From positions 170,252,001-170,316,000 of the forward strand of contig NC_135879.1 of NCBI RefSeq assembly GCF_964194155.1: a DNA stretch of 64,000 bases, read 5' to 3'. The notes under the pieces are model-generated. The model saw only the letters and a program-made list of their open reading frames with translations, searched no databases and was not told the DNA's origin. Below are positions 51,288 through 63,819 of this stretch, piece by piece. Position numbers and translations under genes: made by a program. The number at the start of each line of letters is the position of its first letter. Positions within the stretch are counted from its first letter, which is position 1. The DNA comes from Cetorhinus maximus. Its lineage: Eukaryota.

Positions 51288-52623
51288 CTTGTACAGTAAA
51301 GGGTACAAGCTAGGAGTTGTCTCCATGCTTAGGTCTTCACTCATCTCTGCTCAGCACCACACTGACCTTTGGGCCTGGGTCATGTGCCGCCTTGCATCAC
51401 TGTATGGGCAATACTGTACTCAGTCCCACATTAAGGCTAAATGTGTCAGATCCTAATACTACACCTATCCCCAAGTCTTTATCCAATTTGTTTGGAGTTA
51501 TACTAGTGTACTTCATGTCTAACACTGTTATCACTCCCATACATGTACATTGTTGTTACTACATTATTGCTGTTACTACATTATTATTATCACTACCCCA
51601 TCTCCCCCTTCAAGTGCTTGAATTGAAAAGTTTATGAAATCTGGTGGCCTGATAACCCTTCCATATCTCGTTCGCAGTTCTGTCAGTGGAGTGTTGCTGG
51701 TTCTTCCTGTTGGTCTGGAGGATGAATGGGCATCTGTGTATATTTTCATTCTTTTCTTCTATTCCTTCATGTTGAATCATACTTGGTTGGTTTGACTCTT
51801 GCGTTGATCGGTGGTTGCTGCTGATCTAACTCGTTTCTTGCGGAGTGGATAAACATTGTGTTCATCTCCTTGTTGCTTCTTTCCATTGTTGTTTTGGTCA
51901 GCTCAGTGTTCTCTTTGCCTGATGAAGAGTGTTCCTGTGACGAGAATAGGGTTTAGTGGTACACTCACCTCAGCATTTCATTGTCAGTCACCAACGGCTG
52001 CTACCAGGTTCTGGTATCTCTTGTAGCTTAACACACCGGCTGGTAGTTGTAGTGTATGCACAGAGGTTGTACTGTTGACCCGCTGTACCGCCATTGGGGC
52101 CAGAGGTAGGGGCTTGACAGATTGCTGATCACTCTCGTTCATCTCTTCCACCAGAGGCATCGTGGTTCCCTCCTGGGTGATTGGCTGATCTGACCATTGA
52201 GGCTTTTCTGGGACCTGTAATGAGAATGGACAAACCTGCTCTGCAGAAATACAAGACAGCTCAGAGCTGAAGTCCCAGTCAGGATACTCTTTTTTAGTTT
52301 GAGTACTTGGGAATGTATAGTTCTGTTTGGTTAATGACAGTGGTTGTCATGAAATCTGCCATTTTGAGGAGATCCAAGGCTATGCATGCATCGCTGCTCA
52401 GGAGGAAAAAAGGCTGTTACAGATGAGCTGGTTACAGCTCGAAGATCTGTTTGCTGCCATACCTTAGTGGTTTCAGGGTCAAACCTATGACTGGAAGTCA
52501 GATTTCCCTGGGCCTGTAAAGTGTTGTATCTGTTGATCAAAGCCAGAGGTCTTTCAGCCGTGATTCTTTGTCTGACAGGACAGTTACGCTGGCTCCTGTA
52601 TCCAATTTAAAATTTGTTAATAC

Positions 52624-53743
52624 ATAGAAACTAGGAGCAGGAGTAGGCCATTCGGCCCTTTGAGCCTGCTCTGCCATTCATTATGATCATGGCTGATCAT
52701 CCAACTCAATAGCCTGCTCCCGCTTTCTCCCCATACTCTTTGATCACTTTCGCCCCAAGTGCTATATCTAACTCCTTCTTGAAAACATACAATATTTTGG
52801 TCTCAACTACTTTCTGTGGTGACAAATTCCACAGGCTCACCACTCTCTGGGTGAAGAAATTTCTTCTCATCTTAGTCCTAAATGGTCTACCCCATATCCT
52901 CAGACTGTGACCCCTGGTTTTGGACTCCCCCACCATCGGGAACATCCTTCCTGCATCTACCCTGTCTAGTCCTGTTAGAATTTTATAGGTTTCTATGAGA
53001 TCCCCCTTCATTCTTCTGAACTCCAGCGAATATAATCCTAATCGACTCAATCTCTCCTCATATGTCAGTCCCGCCATCCCAGGAACCAGTCTAGTAAACC
53101 CTTCGCTGCACTCCCTCTATAACAAGTACATCCTTCCTCAGATAAGGAGACCAAAACTGCACACAATATTCCAGGTGTGGTCTCACCAAGGCCCTGTACA
53201 ATTGTAACAAGACATCCCTGTTCCTGTACTCGAATCCTCTGGCTATGAAGGCCAAAATACCATTTGCCTTCTTTACCGCCTGCTGCACCTGCATGCTTAC
53301 CTTCGGCGACTGGTGTACAAGGATACCCAGGTCTCGTTGCACATTCCCCTCTCTCAATTTATAGCCATTCAGATAATCTGCTTTCCTGTTTTTTCTACCA
53401 GAATGGATAACCTCAGATTTATCCACATTATACTTCATCTGCCATGCATTTGCCCACTCACTCAGCTTGTCCAAATCACACTGAAACATCTCTGCTTCAC
53501 CCAGAGAGTGGTGAGCCTGTGAAATTCGTTACCACAGAAAGTTGTTGAGACCAAAACATTGTATGTTTTCAAGAAGGAGTTAGATATAGCTCCTCTCTGC
53601 ATCCTCTTCACAGCTCACCCTCCCACCCAGCTTTGTGTCATCTGCAAATCTGGAGATATTTCATTTAATTCCCTCATTTAAATCATGAATATATATTGTG
53701 AATAACTGGGGTACCAGCACCAATCCCTGCAGTGCCCCACTAG
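52624..53743 (-). mobile_element. CR1 LINE 3' ~1.1 kb inserted in the Gypsy 2 protease region
   Basis: Nearly intact ORFs 53091-53489 and 52706-53077 (LYRALVRPHLEYCVQFWSPYL; YEERLSRLGLYSLEFRR). Confidence 0.92.
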
Positions 53744-53974
53744 TTGAATGGCCATTGACAGAAATGTCCATATTCCAAAATGAGATACCAAGATCTTTGA
53801 TCTCACCCAAGAAGCATGGCTATGTCTCATCTGGGTTTGCAGTCTCAACCCCGTGGATAATCTTTGGGCCTTCCATGGTTTTTTCCTTGCAAAGTTTATC
53901 ATAGTGTCCAATCCTGTTGCATTGGAAGCATTGGGCTGCACTTGCAAGACATTCATTTCACCTGTGAGGGTGCT

Positions 53975-55890
53975 ATTTTTTTTTATTCATTCATGGGGTG
54001 TGGGCTTCGCTGGCTGGGCCAACAGTTATTGCCCATCCCTAGTTGCCCTTCAGAAAGTGGTGGTGAACTGCCTTCATGCTGCAGACCATTTGATGTAGGG
54101 TATACCCACAGTGCTGTTAAGAAGGGAGTTCCACAATTTTGACCCAGTGACAGTGAAGGAACGGCGACATATTTCCAAGTCAGGATGATGAATGACTTGG
54201 AGGGGAACTTCCAGATGGTGGTGTTCTCATCTATCTGCTGCCCTTGCCCTTCTAGATGGTAGTGGTCATGGGTTTGGAAGGTGCTGTCTAAGGAACCTTG
54301 GTAAATTCCTGCAGTGCATCTTATAGATGGTACACACTGCTGCTAGTGTGCATCAGTGGTGGAGGGAGTGAATGTTTGTGGATGTGGTGCCAATCAAACG
54401 GGCTTTGGGGAGTCAGGAGGTGAGTTACTTGTCACAGGATTCCTAATCTTTGACCTGCTTTTGTACCCACAGTATTTATATGGCTAGTCCAGTTCAGTTT
54501 CTGGACAAAGGTAACCCCCTGGATGTTGATAATGGGGGATCCAGTGATGGTAATGCCATTGAACATCAAGGGGCGATGGTTAGATTCTCTCTTGTTGGAG
54601 ATGGTCATTGCCGGCACTTGTGTGGCGTGAATGTTACTTGCCACTTGTCAGCCCAAGCCTGCATTTGGACATGGACTGTTTCAGTATCTGAGGAGTCACA
54701 AATGGTGCTGAACATTGTGCAGTCATCAGTGCACATCCCTACTTCTGACCTTTATGATAGAAGGAAGATCATTGATGAAGCAGCTGAAGATGGTTGAGCC
54801 GAGGACACTACTCTAAGGAACTCCTGTAGTGATGTCCTGGAACTGAGATGACTGACCTCCAACAACCACAATCATCTTCCTTTGTGCTAGGTATGACTCC
54901 AACCAGTGGAGAGTTTTCCCCCTGATTCCCATTGCAGCCTTGATGTCAAGGGCAGTCACTGTCGCCTCACCTTGGGAGTTCAGCTCTTTTGTGCATGTTT
55001 GAACCAAGGTTGTAATGAGGTCAGGAGCTGAGTGGCCATGTTGGAACCCAAACTGTGTGTCAGTGAGCAGGTTATTGCTAAGCAAGTGCCACTTGATAGC
55101 ACTGCTGATGACCCCTTCCATTACTTTATTGATGATGGAGAGTAGACTGATGTGGCGGTAATTGGCTGGGCTGGATTTGTCCTGCTTTTTGTGTACAGGA
55201 CATACGTGGGCAATTTTCCACATAGACGGTTAGATGCCAGTGTTGGCGCTGCACTGGAATAGTTTGTCTAGGGGTGCAGCAAGTTCTGGAGCACAAGTCT
55301 TCAGTACTATTGCTGGAATATTGTCAGGACCCATAGCCTTTGCAGTATCCAGTGCCTTCAGCCATTTCTTGATATCGCGTGGAGTGAATCAAATTAGCTG
55401 AAGACTGGCATCTGTGATGCTGGGGACCTCCGAAGGAGTTAGAGTTGGATCATCCACTCGGCACTTCTGGCTAAAGATTGAAGCCAATGTTTCAGCCTTA
55501 TCTTTTGCACTGATGCATCATTGAGGATGGGGATATTTGTGGAGCCTTCTCCTCCTCCAGTGAATTGTTTAATTGTCCACCACTATTCACGACTGGATGT
55601 AGCACAATTGCAGAGCTTAGTTCTGATCCGTTGGTTGTGGGATTGCTTAGCTCTGTCTACCACTTGCCGTTTATGCTGTTATGTATAGTCCTGTGCTATA
55701 ACACCTCATTTTTAGGTATGCCTGGTGCTGCTCCTGGCATGCCTTCCTGCACTCTTCATTGAACCACGGTAGATCCCCTGGCTTGATGGTAATGGTAGAG
55801 TGCGGGATATGCTGGGCCATGAGATTCCAGATTGTGTTCAAGTACAATGCTGCTGCTGATGGCCCACAGCACCTCATGGATGCCCGGTCC
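53975..55890 (-). mobile_element. Family-2 LINE ~1.9 kb inserted in Gypsy 2 gag
   Basis: ORF 54813-55223 (WKIAHVCPVHKKQDKSSPANYRHISLLS..ALDIKAA) plus the shared 3' tail with poly(A). Confidence 0.9.
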
Positions 55891-57550
55891 ACAGTGCTGG
55901 CATGGTCACTCTCCTAGCCTATTCGAGGATTGCTTTCCCTGACTTAGGGTATCCCCGTGTTTTTGTGGCCTAACAAGCTCAATTGAATGTTGGCTTCTGC
56001 ACCATGTTTTGCTGATCATGTGCTGCTCCTCTGGTTCTGACTGTCTATGTGGATTACCCTTTTCAAGATTTGATCTTGCTTTGCTTGCAGGAGGTCAGAG
56101 AGTGCATCTTCTGTTACTCCTATCACTATTCTGGCTCTGAATTCAGATTTTAAATCTCCGTATTCACAATCTTCTGCCATCGTTCATTGATGAATGAATT
56201 GATTGGCTCACCCGGCAGTTGGACTCTCTTCTTGAATTTGTTGAATATTTATATTGCTTCTTAGATTAAAATAAATGACAAATGTTTTTTGTAACTCTTC
56301 CAATTTTGTGGATGATTCATTAATTCCCTATCTTACAACAATGTCATCTGCAATTGGACCCACCAAGTTAAGCAATGTGTTCACCTGTTCTTCCTCTGAT
56401 TTTTTATTTGAACCTGAAGTGATACTGTATCTTAAGAATCTTTTCCTTCAAAGTCCCCAATTTTGATTGGCCTGGGCTTTGGATTAGCCCGAATTAACTT
56501 GGGAGTGTGGAATTGTGATCCATGTTAAAAATTTTTAAATGTGTTCAGCTTTTTTCTGAAATTTCTGAATTTCAAGATGGCATCGCTGTTCACTTGGAGA
56601 CAGAGGAGTTTCCTGTGCTTGCTGGTTTTGGCAGGCTCTGCACAATGGCGATGGTGCTCCTCTTGGGGAAAAGATTAGCAATGGCTGCCTGGATCGGCTA
56701 CCTTCAGATTTCTTTTGTTCAGACGTTTGCTTTTTAAATTGTCGAGTCGGTCGAATTGGAATTCTGCTTGTTTTTTTTGTACTTAACTGGATAGTTGTGA
56801 CATTCACGAAGTATTTAATTAATTTGTTCTCTCTTTTTTGGACGAGCTCAGACGCCACGTGTTCAGGCTCCGACTCAGGGATCAGGTTTTATCGACGGGT
56901 TTCTTTAAAGCGACACTTCTGACACTGGATTACATTAAAGATATCTTGGGACTCACTGCAGCCTGGAATTTTAAAAGATTTAGCTCATCCTTTCAGTTCT
57001 GTTGACACTGCACTCTAAAGCTGGACTTCCAAAGGAGATTTATTGGAGTCTTCTGATACAGTAAGGAAGTTTAAATCGCTGCCTTCAGTTTCCAGGCCTT
57101 TCTGTGGTGCACTTTCTGGAGATTTTTTCTCTGCACCGCTGCTTCTTTAGGAGTTTCCTTTCAGGTCAGAGTGCTTTGTTGAATTTTTCTCAGTCTTCCA
57201 GCATTTCTGTTTGTCTCTGCATTTTAGTGAGGTGCTGGGTTTTTATCCCCTCGCTGCCACCATGTTGTGGGGTGTTGGTTACAGATTGGCACGTCTTAAG
57301 TAAGTCTCCGTAGTCTTCAGTAGGTTAACTGTAAGTCTTTATTAACTACAAGAACTATTTACGCATGCACAGTAAAGAGTACAAGCTAGGAGCTGTCTCC
57401 ATGCTTAAGTCTACATACATCTCTGTTCAACACCACACTGACCTCTGGGTCTGGGAAAGAGTCATGTGCCTTCCTACATCACTCTGTGGGCAGCACTGTA
57501 CTCAGTCCCACATTGACCCTATATGTGCCAGACCCTTGTACTATAACTTC

Positions 57551-57925
57551 TGAGTCAGCAGGTTGTGGGTTCAAGTCACAGTCCAGAGTCTTGAACACTA
57601 AACTAGACTTGTATTACAATGCAATACTGAAGGAATTTTGCACTGTTAGAGTTGTTGTCCTTTGGAGGAGATGTTCTTCAGAGGTGTCTTAAGGGCATTC
57701 AGGGATGGACAATAAATGCTGGTCTTGCTAGCAATGGCCACAGCCTATAAATGAATAAAGAATAACTAAGACCCCCATTTAGCATAAAATCATTATTACA
57801 TTGCAGTTCACTATGCTCACATTAGCTGCCACATTTCCTATATTACAACAGTGACTTAACTTCAAAAGCACTTAAATGGTGCTTTGGGATGCCCTGAGGT
57901 TGAGAAAGGCACTATAAGTGCAAGT
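57551..57925 (+). mobile_element. DeuSINE remnant (host of Gypsy 2) plus family-2 tail and DeuSINE tail
   Basis: tgagtcagcaggttgtgggttcaagtc continues the head split at the TSD; DeuSINE tail at 57800-57925. Confidence 0.65.
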
Positions 57926-59245
57926 TTTTTTTAAAGCAAACTGCCAAATCACATATGATTAATGGTGATTGTTTCTCAAAAAGTTTAATTGAATGCCAAA
58001 CTTGTTTTACAAATAAGACTTCATACTTCATTCTCCTCATGTCCGTGGCGACTTGCTGATCATTACTGTACTTCCTTTAGCCATTGCAAGAGCCCTATTT
58101 GGTGCCTTGGCCCTTTCCCACCTTTCAGTGGTACACTGGATCTTTGACTAAACTGTCACCTTTAGAGCCTGGATTTTAATGTAACCAAACCTGATAAGCT
58201 AAAGGTTTCTGCTGTTTGTTGACTGTGTAGCTCCTAAATTCAATGTGCATGGGCAGTTGAGCCCTTCTTCAAATGCACACTGGGGAGCTATAGAGAAAAT
58301 TGGTTTGGTTTAAAAAATGGGGAGAAAAATCACACTGATAAAATTAAAAATTTTCTACCATTCAGACTACTGCATGTCACTGGGGCAAAGTGGAAGGTGC
58401 AAAATAACAAAAAATCCCTCAAAACAACAATTAAATTATGGCTGAACCTGTCATTTTTTGTCCTTAAAAGAGGCTATTTTGCAGTACTTTCAGTGAGATT
58501 ATACATTGAGCTTTATAAAGTATAACTGGCTTTATGAAACAGTGTGCATCATTTGACTTCCTAAGAGCAGCAACATGGAAGATCCAGTGCTCATTTCTGA
58601 CATACAATGAGTGCATTCATTATTCCGTTTTCATCTAGTGTGTAGACAAAATCTTAGAAACGCTCCATATTTCATTGCATTTGCTGGTACGAATAGTATT
58701 ATTCAATATTTGTCATCACAACTGTTTTTAAAATGCTTTCATTTAATATTTATTAATGAAGAATAGGTGTATATTTGATCAGTTCTCAATGGTTTATCTC
58801 CATTTATCTAACGAAATGCATCAGACCTATCTCAACAAATTTAATTCCTGTAATCAGTAGTTGGACTAGGGCTAATAATTAACAGTGGAAGTCATTGGAC
58901 TTTCCATTTGGGGTCAGGACTAAATGTGGGTCCCAACCCCACAAATGTCGGGAATGGTTACCCAACATAATTTTTGTAGGACAAAAACAGAATTACCTGG
59001 AGTAGGATTGGCCAAGTAATAGCCAGAGGGCGGGTTCACGATCCAATTAAGAATGGCAAGTGGGCTCCCGATGCTGGAGCGTCAATAGGAGATCCTCTAG
59101 CACTGCTAGGTTGGGGAGGGGAGTGTGAAAGAAATGATACGGAGTTTTCTAAATCCTGATGTTTATTATTGTGGTGATTTGTGTCGCAGATAGTCTGTCT
59201 GTTGTTGTGCACAGTGTCTCTCATAACATTTTTCATTTATTTCAG

Positions 59246-59409
59246 CATCATTTTTTGGAAACAGCTATGTGCAGCTTAAAGTAACAGAAACATCTAGCAA
59301 GACATCATTAAATTTACAATTTCACACCTCAAAGTCAAGTGGACTACTTTTCCTTGCAGCAGGGGAAACTGACTACTGGCTGGTGGAGCTGCAGTCTGGG
59401 CATATACAG
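59246..59409 (+). CDS. CSPG4: CSPG4-family exon 2 (start of laminin G domain 1)
   Basis: tttcag| acceptor and |gtacac donor, 164 nt; (A)SFFGNSYVQLKVTETSSKTSLNLQFHTSKSSGLLFLAAGETDYWLVELQSGHIQ resembles the NG2 N-terminus. Confidence 0.92.
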
Positions 59410-59493
59410 GTACACTGGTTGGAAAACTGGATAAGTGTTTTGAAATGATGCTCATCTACTCTTTTGCTTAAATTCTGATTTTGCTGTTCTTAG

Positions 59494-62400
59494 GTGAAAT
59501 TGGAGCTTGGTTCTGGTGAAAAGATTCTTCGGTCTGAAAGAGGAGTGAAGCTAAATGATTTGGCATTGCACACATTGAACATATACCATGAGGATGATAA
59601 AGTTACCCTGACAGTGGACAAACACTTCCTAACTACTGTGAAGATGCCAGGACTGCTTCATGAGTTTAACATCCAACATGGCATTTTTGTAGGTGGAATT
59701 GGCCTGTTTGACGAACCTTATATGGAAGGTGCAGCGAGTAACTTCCGCGGATGCATTGATGAGGTGGTATTCAACCAGCATGACATCTTGTCATCTTTAA
59801 GGACATATTCTGGCTTTAAAAATGTTCATGAAGTTTCAGCAGGCTGCAGTGATGAATTTTTTGCTGAAGACGGTGAGCCAATCAGTTTATTTACTTCCAA
59901 ATCTTATCTTGAATTTGCCTCATGGAATGCACAAGAGGAGGCAATGCTTGAGTGTACTGTACGCACCACTCAATCATTGGGTCTGCTGCTATATAGTGCT
60001 GGTCGGCAAGGTGATTTTGTTGCTATGGAGGTTGCAGAAGGATTAATTCGAGTACTTATTGGAAAATCTGGAAAAAAAACACATCTTTCTTCCCTAAGTC
60101 ACGTTAATGACAATAATTGGCATGACATTAAGCTGCGATTTACACCTAAGCATCTTTACCTTACAATGGATGAGGAGACTGTAAAGGTTACTCTGAGCTC
60201 TCGCGGCAAAAGTATTAAGTTGAGGGGCCCTCTGTTCATTGGTGGTATAGATGACAGCACTCGTGTCGAAGTCTTGAAGATTGGCCTTCTATCCTTTGCA
60301 GGAAGTAAAGCAAGAGGAGGATCCTTCAGGGGTTGCCTAAAGGATGTGAAAGCTAACTCAGAAAAAAAGAGTTTAAAGAATGTGTTAGTTACTAAAGACA
60401 TTTCAGCTGGCTGCGCAGCAACGAATAAAAGTTCTACAACTGTTAAAACAACAACAGCTGAAATGGTAGTTGTTCCAACAGCTTCCACTCCTCAAGCGAC
60501 AGTCAAACCTACTGCAAAAGCACAGAGGACAAAATTCCTGACTCTCAATAATCTGGTAGTTGCAGAAGGAGGGCAGACAACACTGGAGTCAAAACACATA
60601 AAGTTGAACCTAGATTTCAAGAAATTGGGAGTGCGGCAGTCACAAATAATATTCAAGATAACAAAGCAGCCAAACCATGGGCATCTAAAATTGAACATTG
60701 GTCCAGAGCGTGAAGAGAATTCCTTCACCACATTGGACCTCTGGTATGGGAGAATATTATATGTTCATGATGGATCTGAGTATTCCCATGATCAGTTCTC
60801 ATTTTCTGTTTATACAAGCAGCAAGAAAGCAGTCCCAGATTACCTGAAGGGAGATAAACAATACCTATTTAACATTACTGTTACTCCAACCAATGATGCT
60901 CCTGAACTTGTCCTACCTGATGGTAATTTGTTCACTTTGCTGGAGAATTCCAAGAAATGTCTTGCAAGTAATGTGGTTAAGGCTATTGATATTGACACAA
61001 ATTCCACAGGGCTTCAGTTCTCCATTTTAGGTAATCTTAATGCAGATGCTGGATTTTTGGAAAGTGCGATGAATCCTGGTACAGCTGTAACTACATTCTC
61101 CAACACTGATTTGGAAAAAGGAAACATATATTACGTTCACCAGGGTGTTCGCACCTCAAGGATTGTGTTACGTGTCAGTGATGGTGATAAAGTGAGCAAC
61201 ACTGTAGTTTTACGAATAATGGCTATACCAGTGGATTATAAAGTGGTCAATAACACCGGTCTAGTTGTGGAACAGAGTGATGTGGCTTTGATCACTAAAT
61301 ACAATTTGTCAGTTGAAACTAATGCTGCCAATCAGGAGATTGAAATCCGTTACAACATTGCTAAAGCCCCAAAGTATGGTGAAATTCAACGACTTCATTC
61401 TAGCGGCGAATGGAAGAAAATCACTTCATTTTCTCAACGGTCAGTGGAGCGGGGCCGCATCCGATACTTTGGCACTTTTCATGAACTTCAGCCTGCTAAT
61501 GTAACTGAGATGTTCAGGTTTAAAGTTAATGTAGGGAGTGTGACGAGTGAGGAGCTAGTTTTCCCCATTACAGTGAAATGGGTTAATTTCAAACTCCTAA
61601 AAAATAACCCATTGGAGATTGATAAAGGAAAGAAACAAGCTCTGACTTCTGAAAATCTCCATGCTGTGTTGGAAGGTGCAAGAACCTCTGAAAGTGGGCT
61701 GCGCTATAGGTTGGTGACTGCACCTAAAAAAGGACAACTTCTGCTGAATGGCGCCATTCTTAAACAAAATTCTTCTTTCAGTCAGAGAGATATATCTGCA
61801 CAGAAGGTGGAATATGAATTAATTGGAAAACCTCGTGAAGATATTGAGGATGTCTTCAGCTTTCAGCTTTTCTCCAAGCACGCAGTATCACTGATCCATA
61901 ATTTCCATGCATTTATTAAAGCTGATGTTAACACCATTAATTTAACAAATAAAGGTCTCACCATGATTGAAGGTGAAGGAGAGTTAATAACTCAGGCAGA
62001 GTTATATGCAGAAACTTTGAACACCAACAATTTTTTGTACACTATTACGCAGAGTCCAAGATTCGGCAAGTTGAAGCGGATCAACCACTCTGATTCAACT
62101 GACAGTAATGATAATATAACAACCTTTACGAATGAAGATATTATTGGACAACGGCTCATGTACGTGCATGACGATTCTGAGTCAACACATGATGAGTTTA
62201 TATTTATTGCAGCTGCTGCTGGAGAAGCCACAGAGAATTCTAAGACAGGCCCAAACTCTGTGTCTGTTGTGGGGACATTTACTTTCACTATTCAGCTAAA
62301 AAACGATGAGAAACCAGTTCGTGTGGTGGACCAAATTTTTCATGTGGTTAGGAATAGCCAGCGGTTGCTGACCTCTGAAGATCTGCGCTATCATGATCCT

Positions 62401-63048
62401 GATTCAGACTTCAATGATACACAGCTATTGTACACGCGCCGTGGTATTCCAAATGGTGACCTAGTTCTAGTAAACGACACCTCGAGAAAGCTTTTCCAAT
62501 TCTTTCAAGAAGACCTTGAGCAAAAGCGGGTTTTGTTTGTGCATCGTGGTGCTGATAATGGCAGGTTTGTCTTGTTTGTAACTGATGGTAAACACTATAC
62601 TTCTTCATTACTTGAGGTCAGTGCCTCAGATCCTTATGTTCGAATAGCCAACAATACAGGACTTCTGGTGCAGAAGGGTCAAGAAAAGTCTCTAACAACA
62701 GGTAATTTTAGTGTACATACAAATCTTTTTATTGCAGACGAAAGTGAGATTAGTTACAGAGTATTTTTGTCACCAAAGCATGGAGCACTGTACTTGAATG
62801 GTATACGCACAGAATCTTTCACTCAGGATGACTTGAAGAATGGTCATATAGTATATCGCCATGACAACAGCAACAACCTTGTGGACAAGTTCAATTTCAC
62901 AATAAAGGTGAAGCATGTACTGCTGGATGCATGTGTGAATGTACGTATATATCTGGAAAGCCATCAGCGTGCTCCAACAATCGTGCACAACAGCAATCTA
63001 TTGGTTGAGGAAGGGAAGCCTGTGAAGATCAGCAAAAAAAATCTTCAG
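59494..63048 (+). CDS. CSPG4: CSPG4-family exon 3 (laminin G domains and CSPG/cadherin-like repeats); gene continues beyond the window; possibly the CSPG4B paralogue
   Basis: ttag| acceptor, 3555-nt open frame, cag|gtgaga donor. LamG motifs (NFRGCI, GSFRGCL) and CSPG repeats (YVHDGSE, PTNDAP, FTNEDI..LMYVHDDSE). A giant exon 3 is typical of this gene family. Confidence 0.95.
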
Positions 63049-63819
63049 GTGAGATGGCTGTAGGATGCACATCTGTGCTTGAATATACGCTGTTATCTCC
63101 TTGTTTAACTTCACATATCTGATTGTTTCTTTTCCAAAAAACAAAACATCCTTTTAAAATTACAGAAGTAATTTAGGGAATTGATTCAAAAGATTAACTT
63201 TGTTCAGAAGTTTTGTCTGCCCACGCAGTTTGTCATTGAATAAACAGGATGTTACATACCAGACCTGCTCACATTTTTCAGTACGCCAAGGTGTTCAGGT
63301 CTGATGTGCAGCGATGCAATGAAATAGAAAGGCTGGCTCCATGCTAAGTCCGTAATTTTTCCTAGTTCTGGTTAAATTGTTGTTGTAATGATATAATCCA
63401 ACCTTTATTTCCATGTTAGTTGCAAAAGCAAAACTAACTGGGCAGCAGCTTAATGCTCAGCCAGTTTTAAACAAAAATACAATTTTTAGATATTGACACA
63501 TTATAGTGGCACAATGACTTTTTGTATCAACGTAACATTTATTTTGTGAACTAACAAATGCTGTAATCTTTTATTAACATTTTATATGTACAATGTTTAG
63601 GTTACTTCAAATGTTCCTATAATCTGTTGCTTTAAGCATGCTACTAGCAGTGAAGTACCAGTACAATAATACAAAGGCAAAATAAAATGTACACTGCAAT
63701 AGTAAAAGCATCTATGTAATTAGCAACAGTTTGGTTATAACCTTAATGACCATCTCTTAGCTCCTTTGACCTTTGACACATTTTCCATCAATCATTACCC
63801 ATGCTAATTCCAAACTCAT

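Larger units (their letters stand above)
50428..57545 (-). mobile_element. Ty3/Gypsy LTR retrotransposon 2, heavily deleted, with nested insertions
   Basis: LTRs 50428-51463 (split) and 57263-57545; TSD ACTTC (50423-50427, 57546-57550); PBS TGGTGGCAGCGAGG (rc 57249-57262). gag remnant ~56030-56520 (KSEEEQVNTLL), zinc knuckle CFQCNRIGHYDKLC ~53890-53935, protease FKLDTGASV ~52580-52615. Confidence 0.88.

Noticed and set aside
58880-59150. GC-richer patch before exon 2 as an alternative promoter or exon
   Set aside because: It contains MITE-like motifs (ccaattaag) and no in-frame signal-peptide exon.
59494-63063. ORF-track start (GTG as Met) and stop at 63063
   Set aside because: The ends are splice sites (ttag|GTG, CAG|gtgaga); the terminal VRWL* is intronic.
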